Source: a virus
DNA: 64,000 nucleotides
Virus record (IMG/VR): IMGVR_UViG_3300031469_000005
Span: 32,001 to 96,000 of that record
Strand: one strand, 5' to 3'
Part shown: piece by piece, positions 56,591 through 64,000 of the stretch
How positions within the stretch are numbered: position 1 is the stretch's first letter
Layout of the letters: each line of letters starts with the position of its first letter
Position numbers and translations under genes: made by a program
The notes under the pieces: generated by a model
What the model was told of the DNA's origin: nothing
Seen by the model: only the letters and a program-made list of their open reading frames with translations
The model's database searches: none

Positions 56591-57367
56591 ATGTCAAAGA
56601 TTACGTACGGCATCAAGTGTTGCATTCGGTATGAGGATCGCCTGAATGCCTGTTTGGAGACTTGGGCGAAGGACGAAGACGTTCTTTTGTCGACGGATCT
56701 TGTTGAACAGGATTTGGTCGAGAAGTACGACAGCCTGACGAGGAAAACGAAGCGTTTGTTTGCGACGACGACGTTCACCCCCGGTAACTGGTTCATGTAC
56801 GCAGATGACGACACGTACGTTAACACAGATGCCCTTGGATTGTTTTGTGAACATCTCGATTCCAGCAAGATCACCGTCATCGGTAAGGGTTGTATGCCGT
56901 GTCCTGCGAAGACGAAGAAGTTCGTGAGCAGCGAAGCCAATGCGATTAAGATGAAGAACGTTCCGAAACACACCCTTTTCCAGGGTGGAGCAGGTACCTT
57001 GTTGTCGTATTCTGCATGCATCATGATTCAAACAATGATCTGGGCGGGGCGAGCCCCCGAGACCGATCTTTACCTCGCCGAGGACCAATGGCTCACCGCG
57101 ACAATAGGTTCGTATACCCATCTCATGTCAACGTACTTGGGAAACAAGAAGACCGTTCAATGGGGAGGTCGAGGCTTGATCATGAATCCTGGTGAGCTTC
57201 CGATCGAGGAACGTTTTCAAACGACGCAAAAGAACAACAAAGGCTGGGAACAAGCGATCGAGAACGTTGCGACTGGCAAAGCGTACACGTTGCATCACGT
57301 GCTACCGGATGACATGCGTTTGATTCACGCTCGCTATAATGCTTTTTGTATGGGTAACCCGGATTGA
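56591..57367 (+). CDS. Fringe/GT31-like glycosyltransferase
   Basis: ETW, WF..ADDDTYVN...L, F.GGAG..LS, ED..L, TLHHV. Confidence 0.75.
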   Translation: MSKITYGIKCCIRYEDRLNACLETWAKDEDVLLSTDLVEQDLVEKYDSLTRKTKRLFATTTFTPGNWFMYADDDTYVNTDALGLFCEHLDSSKITVIGKGCMPCPAKTKKFVSSEANAIKMKNVPKHTLFQGGAGTLLSYSACIMIQTMIWAGRAPETDLYLAEDQWLTATIGSYTHLMSTYLGNKKTVQWGGRGLIMNPGELPIEERFQTTQKNNKGWEQAIENVATGKAYTLHHVLPDDMRLIHARYNAFCMGNPD

Positions 57368-57392
57368 TGACAAAGATCGCTCATACTTATGA

Positions 57393-57920
57393 GTGATGAG
57401 ATGCTTTGATCGTTCAGTCTGGTTCGAAAAGGCCCTGATTCACAAGAATAGGTACTCTGATCCTCAAGAGGCTCAGAAAGCTTACGAGCTCGACATCAAA
57501 GCAATCGACGGAATTGAAACGCTCGTAAAGTGGTGTGAATCCGAGGAACTGAACGTCATTTTTTCAAAGCAAAGTGACGCTGAATACGATTCTGCGAAGA
57601 AATCAATCGAGATCAACTTCAACACGTCGAACTTCAATCAATTGACGATGATCTCTCATGAGATCGGTCATTACTTGATCCGCAAGGAAGGCATTTCTGG
57701 GTTGAAATGGTCGAGCTCAGGATACGCGAAGGGGAAGTTTGAGAAGGATCGATCGTTGCACTACAAGATCGATGTTCTCGAGGAAGAATACCTCGCATGG
57801 GACAAAGGTCTCGCAAAAACAAAAGAGTTGGGTGTTGAACTTGACATGTCTCGATTCAACGAGTACAAGGTCAGTTGCATCAAGGGTTACGTCCTCTGGG
57901 CGGCGGGTTGCATCAAATAA
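57393..57920 (+). CDS. HEXXH metallopeptidase (ImmA/IrrE-like)
   Basis: SHEIGH...EEEYLAW..G; ATACTTA upstream. Confidence 0.65.
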   Translation: MMRCFDRSVWFEKALIHKNRYSDPQEAQKAYELDIKAIDGIETLVKWCESEELNVIFSKQSDAEYDSAKKSIEINFNTSNFNQLTMISHEIGHYLIRKEGISGLKWSSSGYAKGKFEKDRSLHYKIDVLEEEYLAWDKGLAKTKELGVELDMSRFNEYKVSCIKGYVLWAAGCIK

Positions 57921-57956
57921 GTTGTTTTGTTCGCCACACAGTGTTACAATGAATTC

Positions 57957-58241
57957 GTGAAACTCTCACAAGAGGAACAAGAACGCTTAGGCGATGAAAT
58001 GAAGGCTGAGTTCAAACGAATTCTCAAGAAGATTGAAGAGGAATCGAAAATCTACGATGAGGCATCCGAGAAACGCGCCCTTGAAAAACGTGATGCATTG
58101 CGATCGGCGATACAAATCGAAGAAGAAAAACCTTCGTTACTCTTGGTCGCTCGGGATATCGTCCTTGTCTCGCTTGCGGGAAGCTTTTGCGTCATCTTGA
58201 TATTCATGATCGTTTATGGAATCATAGGTCTCATCAAATGA
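57957..58241 (+). CDS. Membrane-anchored protein
   Basis: C-terminal TM; class A promoter upstream. Confidence 0.55.
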   Translation: MKLSQEEQERLGDEMKAEFKRILKKIEEESKIYDEASEKRALEKRDALRSAIQIEEEKPSLLLVARDIVLVSLAGSFCVILIFMIVYGIIGLIK

Positions 58242-58591
58242 AACACTGCGTCTATCTTGATGATGAAAGAGCCACGCCCGCGGATACAGATGACACGACG
58301 TGGCATCGTGTGTACACTGCGAAGCAATGCATAAATTACCTTAAGAAGGTTAATGAAGAACCTTCTGAGACCGTTGTCGTTGACCTGCTGTCTCTCGATC
58401 ATGACTTGGGAGAGCCCGAGCACGTCGTGGGGACGGGTTACGGTGTTGTTTGCTGGCTCGAGGAAGCGTATCATACAGATCCAACATTTCGCATGCCTCT
58501 CAAGATCGTTGTTCACAGTGCGAATCCCGTGGGAAGAAAAAGGATGCAGATCGTCATAGATCGTTTGAGTGTTCTTTCCGGAAAAGCGTGA
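58238..58591 (+). CDS. Cyclic-phosphate-processing receiver-like domain protein
   Basis: YLDDER..P, SLDHDLG, GY.V..WLEE, VHSANPVG. Confidence 0.8.
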   Translation: MKHCVYLDDERATPADTDDTTWHRVYTAKQCINYLKKVNEEPSETVVVDLLSLDHDLGEPEHVVGTGYGVVCWLEEAYHTDPTFRMPLKIVVHSANPVGRKRMQIVIDRLSVLSGKA

Positions 58592-58603
58592 TACGATTGA
58601 TCT

Positions 58604-59233
58604 ATGAAACCGAAGGTTGAATGGAACGTTTGCAAGGAACTCCAATCGACAAAACCCAAGCGTATCCCCAAGAGCAAACGCAGGAAGCCTGAGCCGGGAA
58701 TCATAGAACAGAACGGTTCCATCGTCAAACCCGTGAAGGCGAAATTGCAGCTCAATAGCGGTCAAACGCTTGCAAAGAGAACGTACGTTGCGCCGCAGCC
58801 CGTTGCTGCGAATCCGCTTGTTCCCTTGAGCAAGTGGAAGTTGATGCCACAACACGTCAAAAACCTCGATCATACACGGCTCGCGCCGGGTCTTTACGTT
58901 GCACAATGCTTCTTTGCAAACGAGAGCACAAGTCACGCATTCAAGAATTTCCCGTATCCCTACCACAAGGCCTGGACGGGAATCAACTCTTCAACGCACG
59001 ATCCCGGGTTCAGCAGGGGAACGATACTCACCTTCATCAAGTACATTGATGTCGAGGAAATTGATGCGAGCGCGGTGGATTTTTCGTACCACCAAAATGA
59101 ACCCCCCAAGATCATTCAATGCAAACGAGCAGTATTTCTATATGCGGGACGTTTGATCATTATTGGTGACACCCAGTACGTTACTGTGATAGGATCAACT
59201 AATGACAAGTCCCGAATCGAAGTCGCTTGCTGA
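58604..59233 (+). CDS. Hypothetical protein
   Basis: Class A promoter at 58569-58603. Confidence 0.6.
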   Translation: MKPKVEWNVCKELQSTKPKRIPKSKRRKPEPGIIEQNGSIVKPVKAKLQLNSGQTLAKRTYVAPQPVAANPLVPLSKWKLMPQHVKNLDHTRLAPGLYVAQCFFANESTSHAFKNFPYPYHKAWTGINSSTHDPGFSRGTILTFIKYIDVEEIDASAVDFSYHQNEPPKIIQCKRAVFLYAGRLIIIGDTQYVTVIGSTNDKSRIEVAC

Positions 59234-59921
59234 AATTCTGTTGCGTGATTCGAACTCGATGCTCGAAAGCAAGAGCGACGACGATGATGATGTTGAAAAC
59301 TTTCTCAAACTCGTAGAGAAAGAAAAAGCGAGAACGTCGAAGCAACCGCAGATCGACAAGCTCGATGATGCGATCGTCCTCGACAAGGACGGGAACCCTC
59401 AATTCCTGCTCAAGTTGGGTGACTCGATCATCATCGAACGTTACACTGACTACGGTTCTCAACCTCGTTGGTTCGACACGAAGGTTTACGAGATCAAGAA
59501 CATTGACACATTGACAGGCGCTGTTCGCCTGTTCGATCTCGAGAACAAGAACTACGCTGCCACGAACTACATCACTGGGTTCACCAACAACTTGCATCGA
59601 TTCAAGATCGCCCCTTCGAAGGCGAACAAGTTGAAGAGGCGGGGGAACAAGAAGGTTCAGCAAAAGTACGTTGCTGATGAACCTGTCAAAACAACAGCTT
59701 CTTCATCGAAGAAACCGCGTAAGATGGCGAACGGATTACGAAGGGTTTACGATTCTCGAGGAACCATCCATACGCGAATTACGGGAGTTGCATACGGCCC
59801 TTCGGGATCGACGAAAGCGAAGGACGGTGATCGCCTCACGATGGTTCTTGAAGTGAACGTTTTGAAAGTGACAGATACAGCGTCGGGTTGGACTGAATCA
59901 TGGAAAGAAATAAACCTCTGA
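59202..59921 (+). CDS. Hypothetical protein
   Basis: TGATAGGAT upstream of ATG. Confidence 0.6.
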   Translation: MTSPESKSLAEILLRDSNSMLESKSDDDDDVENFLKLVEKEKARTSKQPQIDKLDDAIVLDKDGNPQFLLKLGDSIIIERYTDYGSQPRWFDTKVYEIKNIDTLTGAVRLFDLENKNYAATNYITGFTNNLHRFKIAPSKANKLKRRGNKKVQQKYVADEPVKTTASSSKKPRKMANGLRRVYDSRGTIHTRITGVAYGPSGSTKAKDGDRLTMVLEVNVLKVTDTASGWTESWKEINL

Positions 59922-60116
59922 GGTGGAATGATCTTCGTCCCGGTGATGTTTATTAACAATTCATACAGTGACAACTACTTTTGGTTAGCATTGAACGATG
60001 ACGGTGTCATCGTGGATGATTCCATTCACGTTGAATTTGATTGTAAGATAAGTCGACACTCTCATTCGATAATTCGAACTCATTCGATAATTCGAAACGG
60101 GAAAATGATATGGTGA
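59900..60116 (+). pseudogene. Frameshifted PGD-family gene
   Basis: MERNKPLRWNDLRPGDVY* then ...IIRNGKMIW in the +1 frame. Confidence 0.6.
60061..60096 (+). repeat. Perfect 18-bp tandem duplication
   Basis: CTCATTCGATAATTCGAA x2. Confidence 0.9.
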
Positions 60117-60122
60117 TGATGA

Positions 60123-60353
60123 ATGATGAAATGGTCAGAGTTGTTACCGGGCGACATTTACATTGACAAGGATGTTCGTAACAACACTCGATTCGTCATC
60201 ACCAATCCTACTCGAGATGATTCGATGCATGGATTCATTTGGCTGACATGGGATCAAACGTTCAAAAACGTCGTACACGATACCGTTTATGATGATTTAA
60301 TGATCAACCACTATACGTACTGTGTAATTAGAAAAGGAAAGCAAATACTATGA
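60123..60353 (+). CDS. Small PGD-family protein
   Basis: WSELLPGDIY...FVIT...VIRKGKQI. Confidence 0.65.
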   Translation: MMKWSELLPGDIYIDKDVRNNTRFVITNPTRDDSMHGFIWLTWDQTFKNVVHDTVYDDLMINHYTYCVIRKGKQIL

Positions 60354-60655
60354 ATAACGACTCAGGAAAGGCAACATTGCTCGCAAGGTCCCTCACACAC
60401 ACGAAGGCGAATGAACTGAGGTCGTTGTTGATGCGCTCAGTGAGAAACGTTTGGGTGATGGTGATGTCCACCAAGGACAGGGATAAGTTCGATGTTTACA
60501 TTGCGAACGAATGGGGAGGTTCTCCGACTGAATTGCAATCAAGCTTGTCAATGACGCTAGCGACGGGCCTCGATGCATTGGGTGATGATGAAGAGATCAC
60601 GAAGGATCAGATCATCGAATTGCATGACGATGACATCTTGCCGTTGAGCGAGTAA
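60350..60655 (+). CDS. Hypothetical protein
   Basis: ATGA overlap. Confidence 0.6.
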   Translation: MNNDSGKATLLARSLTHTKANELRSLLMRSVRNVWVMVMSTKDRDKFDVYIANEWGGSPTELQSSLSMTLATGLDALGDDEEITKDQIIELHDDDILPLSE

Positions 60656-60664
60656 GAAAAATCA

Positions 60665-60787
60665 ATGCCTTTCCATTTCTGCATGGATGAACTTTTGATG
60701 ATCATGGCTGCGATCCCGTTCGTAGGGGCGGGATTTCGTAAGCTACACGATTGGTGGCACGTGAAATTCAAGCACAAGAAGCATTGA
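60665..60787 (+). CDS. Small membrane peptide (40 aa, MPFHFCMDE...)
   Basis: Read from sequence. Confidence 0.5.
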   Translation: MPFHFCMDELLMIMAAIPFVGAGFRKLHDWWHVKFKHKKH

Positions 60788-61910
60788 TTCGATCAAGCAG
60801 GATTTTGATGCCGAATTCTTTGAATTCAATGTCAGTGATTCGAATAAGTTTTAACTTGTGTTGATCAAAGAATTCGTCTTGTTTTCGATCAAAGAACCAT
60901 TTATTGTAGATTGATCTGTCACGAGGATTTTTGAATTCTTTGATCAAGTCTAAAGATCGATCTAAACCGTGCCAATAAACACCGTCAAGTTGAACATATG
61001 TGTCGATCGATTTGATGTAAAAATCAATAGGCCATGATTGATTGATAACACATTGACGTTCAACATCATTTTCTCCGAAATATTCTACCAAAACAAGAAA
61101 CATTGATTCTTCGATCTTTGAAATCTTGTAAGAATCATTTCGCTTCATTGTTTGGTGGCGTTTATTCCACGCTTGTTTTGATTTAGCTTTTAGTTTTACG
61201 CTCTCAACATTTAAGTTGGATTGAAATCCAATCAGTTTTAGATTTGTTTCTTTCTTTTTTAGCTTGACACTTTCATCCTTTGATACGTTGTCAACCCCTC
61301 GAGACAACCGCACAGAATCCCGAGACTTTTTACGAATTTCCGCACTTTGTTGGGGAAATTTCACACCAAAATTTCGCATGCAAGTTTCTTGAGATTTTAA
61401 TTTACTTGATTCGAGTTGTGATGGATTCGTAACGCCTTTACTGAGCCAAACTTGTTTACATTTTTCTTGAATTTCTTTTTTACAAAACCCGTAAGTTCCA
61501 ATTCTTCGATCTAAAATTCGTTGAGGGTGTGATTTACCACAACAAACGTAACGAACGATTTCATTGAATTCCCCATGTTGAGAATCAATGAACATTGCTA
61601 TTTTTAAGAATTTTGTAAACGTTGATTCAATAATTCGAACTGTCGAACCGTGTTTTTCTTGAATACGTTTTTTGACTTCGTCAAGATCGATTGAAATTTT
61701 TTGTTTAGCATTTCTTCGTCCCCGTTGAGGATGACCATGACCATTAAAAATGTTTCCGGGTGATGCGATCCATTCGCCAAATTCAACATCAACGAATGAA
61801 CATTTCGTATTTGCGTCAACAAATGTAGAATCAACTAATTTTAGTTGTTCACCGTGCTTTTCTAAAATACGTTTTTTAGCTTCTTCGAGAATGACTTTTT
61901 TCCATGTCAT
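60768..61910 (-). mobile_element. Homing endonuclease with repeated DNA-binding units and Vsr/DUF559-like nuclease
   Basis: Two KKRI.EKHG repeats, GV.N.SQ repeats, SKIE...IDFYI...VQLDGVYWHG...LIRIT; AT-rich. Confidence 0.8.
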
Positions 61911-61936
61911 TCTCGAATTGTACAAAATTATTCGTA

Positions 61937-62209
61937 CTATAGGTTATCTGGATCGAGTTCGAGGTGAGCGTTGTGTGCTTCTTCAGGTTCGTAACTATGG
62001 TCGTACGAACAGATCCCGCACTGCTCGTAATCACAACCTTCAGCTTCATGACCTTCTGAATCAAGACCACACATTGGACAAGTATCCGTCAATTCGTCAT
62101 CAACCCCTAACCATGGACCACTTTCAACGATGATAGGTTTTGCGAATCGTTGAGCTTCCTCGTTTATGAGATTTTGAAGCTCTTTCATGCTAAAAGATTT
62201 ATGGTTCAT
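61937..62209 (-). CDS. Cys/His-rich protein with MKELQNLINEE leader
   Basis: CPMCG...CGICSYDH. Confidence 0.65.
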   Translation of the reverse strand: MNHKSFSMKELQNLINEEAQRFAKPIIVESGPWLGVDDELTDTCPMCGLDSEGHEAEGCDYEQCGICSYDHSYEPEEAHNAHLELDPDNL

Positions 62210-62507
62210 TGTAGTCGTCCATGATTGAATCAATAACGTTGTCAAGTTCATCGAGTACCTTCATTAAACGTTGAGAATTTTTCAATCGTTCCCCCTTTGG
62301 GGGCCCCCAAGAGTTCGCGTTGAGTGCAATATCCATATCACTCATTCCCATCGTATCATCGAATGCGATTTGGAAGTTCATGATATCGTTTCTTAGCGCG
62401 TCAAGTGCTTGGATCGTATCAGGTGACCAAACACCGACACGACCAGGCATGTGCGCAGCCTCTTCTTTGATCAATTGCTTGAGTTCTTTGATCGTGATCT
62501 TCATCAT
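62199..62507 (-). CDS. Protein with MKITIKELKQLIKEE leader
   Basis: Leader family. Confidence 0.7.
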   Translation of the reverse strand: MMKITIKELKQLIKEEAAHMPGRVGVWSPDTIQALDALRNDIMNFQIAFDDTMGMSDMDIALNANSWGPPKGERLKNSQRLMKVLDELDNVIDSIMDDYNEP

Positions 62508-63691
62508 TCTTCCTTCGGTGATTCGTTGAAAGCCCTAAGGTAATCGCTTTCCTTGTAGGCGTTTCCGTAGTACGATGAGGGTTCAACCTCGAGCTCGCCC
62601 GTCTCGTTGTAACGAGGATCGACGATCATGACGTCGCCGTGAACGAACGGGAACCTGCTGTTCAGGAACGAGTCTCCGTAGAATTCGACCGGATCGCAAT
62701 CATTTCCGTTCAAATCGACCAACGGGTTCGTCACGTGGCTTCCTTCGTGATCGAATCCCCATTCACCCGGTGGATGGAATCCCGTGTTCGTTTCTTGTTT
62801 CGACGTCGGTTCGACAGAAACTTGTCGTTCGGTATAGGATAACATTTCATCCAACACGTCAAAGACCTTCGTGTTGTTACGTCGTGCAAACGATTCGAGA
62901 TTCTCGTAGATCGTTTCGAGCTCAGTCTTCTTATGAGATTCATTCAGGTGCATTTCACTGACCTTCGAAAAGTCACGTGAAAGTATGACCGTTACGCGGC
63001 CTTTTGAGGTGATCACGGTGTAGTAAGGATTCGATTCTAAGTTTCCGTTTCCGTCCTCACACTTGCTGTCCTCGTAATGGACTTCCTTGACCTTGCCGTA
63101 CTTCTTTTGAATTTGCGACTTGATCTCGTTGCTGAGGTCGTACTTGCTTTCGTTCAACTTTCTTTCAAGCAAACCTTTTGCTGCACGATCAACGAACGTA
63201 TGAACGTCTCCCAAGGTTAGACCGTACTTCTTTCCTAGAACGGACGACACGATTCTGTCTTCGGGGGTTCCACCGTTTACGAGATCCGCGACCTTCTTCA
63301 TGACATCGTTCGTGATTTGCTTTGATTCACTTTGAACGCTGTGAACAACTGAAACATCGCTCTGAACGGGATTCGCCTTACGTTGACGTGCCCACTCAGC
63401 GAACGCGAGTTCGATGATCCTCCAATCGGGATGGTTCTTTGACTTGAGGCTGTGACGAAACGCCTTGAGGTTACCCGAGAACTTTTGATCAGCACGATCG
63501 CCCGCATTGAGCGATTTGATCATCGTCTTCAAAAGTGAAAGCATCAGCTTTTCATCGCCACTTGCAGCCTTGATGTCGCGATGGAAGTTTGAGCCTTGTT
63601 CGAGAGGAACAAGCACCGCAGCTTCGTTCAACATCGAACGAACTTGTTGGCGTATCGTTTTCTCTGCTAATTCATGAACGTTGATCGTCAT
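62504..63691 (-). CDS. Putative head-packaged polyprotein with repeated LNE(S/A) sites
   Basis: MLNEA, KLNES, HLNES, AFNES separating unrelated segments. Confidence 0.6.
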   Translation of the reverse strand: MTINVHELAEKTIRQQVRSMLNEAAVLVPLEQGSNFHRDIKAASGDEKLMLSLLKTMIKSLNAGDRADQKFSGNLKAFRHSLKSKNHPDWRIIELAFAEWARQRKANPVQSDVSVVHSVQSESKQITNDVMKKVADLVNGGTPEDRIVSSVLGKKYGLTLGDVHTFVDRAAKGLLERKLNESKYDLSNEIKSQIQKKYGKVKEVHYEDSKCEDGNGNLESNPYYTVITSKGRVTVILSRDFSKVSEMHLNESHKKTELETIYENLESFARRNNTKVFDVLDEMLSYTERQVSVEPTSKQETNTGFHPPGEWGFDHEGSHVTNPLVDLNGNDCDPVEFYGDSFLNSRFPFVHGDVMIVDPRYNETGELEVEPSSYYGNAYKESDYLRAFNESPKEE

Positions 63692-63960
63692 TAGATCCTA
63701 ACTAGAGTTGTTGCCGGTTGTTTATTCGCGGGATCTCTGAGACCCAGCGTTACTTCAGTACCTCGTGAATCCATGAACGTGACAGTTCCATCATTGTTTT
63801 TTCGAATGCTTTTCACGACAGTGTCGCGTCCGCCAGACGTAGAGACAAGAACGTCTCCCACTTGAATTTCTGAAACCTTTTTGCTGGAAGAATTCGATTC
63901 TCGTAGATGTTGAATTTCTTCCTTGATGACCTGTTTGAGTTGTCTTAGAGAGATTTTCAT
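63691..63960 (-). CDS. Protein with MKISLRQLKQVIKEE leader and KOW-like domain
   Basis: Leader followed by SEIQVGDVLV. Confidence 0.7.
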   Translation of the reverse strand: MKISLRQLKQVIKEEIQHLRESNSSSKKVSEIQVGDVLVSTSGGRDTVVKSIRKNNDGTVTFMDSRGTEVTLGLRDPANKQPATTLVRI

Positions 63961-64000
63961 TTTCTTACCCGTGCTTTCCAACAGTTGCAATCACGTCATC

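Noticed and set aside
16467-60353. Diversity-generating retroelement driving the PGD family
   Set aside because: No reverse transcriptase and no template/variable repeat pair with adenine-specific differences seen in this window
1-64000. Stop-codon reassignment as the cause of broken genes
   Set aside because: TAA, TAG and TGA all end well-conserved genes, and the breaks are frame changes rather than in-frame stops
1-64000. Cellular chromosome origin (groEL, pckA, fbp, infA present)
   Set aside because: These genes lack bacterial operon context (no groES, no ribosomal genes) and sit among T4-like ligase/exonuclease, homing endonucleases and many tiny ORFans
1-64000. Apparent excess of TCGA/GATC tetramers
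   Set aside because: Visual impression only; cannot be separated from codon usage without counting

Overview
This 64-kb window reads as part of a large (jumbo-type) dsDNA bacteriophage genome. Genes are dense, many are small and overlap as ATGA/GTGA, and the standard genetic code fits. No rRNA or CRISPR array was seen. Recognisable genes cover nucleotide metabolism (thymidine kinase, dCMP deaminase), DNA repair and recombination (two ATP-dependent ligases, Ku, a RadA/Sms-like ATPase, a 5'-3' exonuclease, an MBD4-like glycosylase), a MoxR-type AAA+/vWA-metallopeptidase pair, and auxiliary metabolism (PEP carboxykinase, class I FBPase, UDP-glucuronate decarboxylase, SOD, nitrilase, PCD). GroEL, IF-1, several nucleotidyltransferases and AT-rich homing endonucleases with relics are also present. 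The most notable structure found by reading the sequence: (1) an RpoD-like sigma that stops before region 4.2, translationally coupled to a separate sigma4.2-like HTH gene, i.e. a candidate split sigma; (2) two recurring promoter classes placed so that transcripts would be mostly leaderless, GTGTT-N14/15-TGnTAnnnT (about 24 copies) and ATAnTTA (about 12 copies); (3) a family of N-terminal 'K.L+..I.EE / L-x-E' leaders on ATAnTTA-class genes, suggesting head-packaged cargo; (4) more than 20 dispersed small 'L.PGD...IxRNG' paralogues, many of them frameshifted or truncated; (5) a pckA 3' end replaced by a homing-endonuclease cassette, with the old tail left downstream; (6) a tRNA-like fold with a D-loop insertion. 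All calls come from motif reading by eye; no database searches were run.
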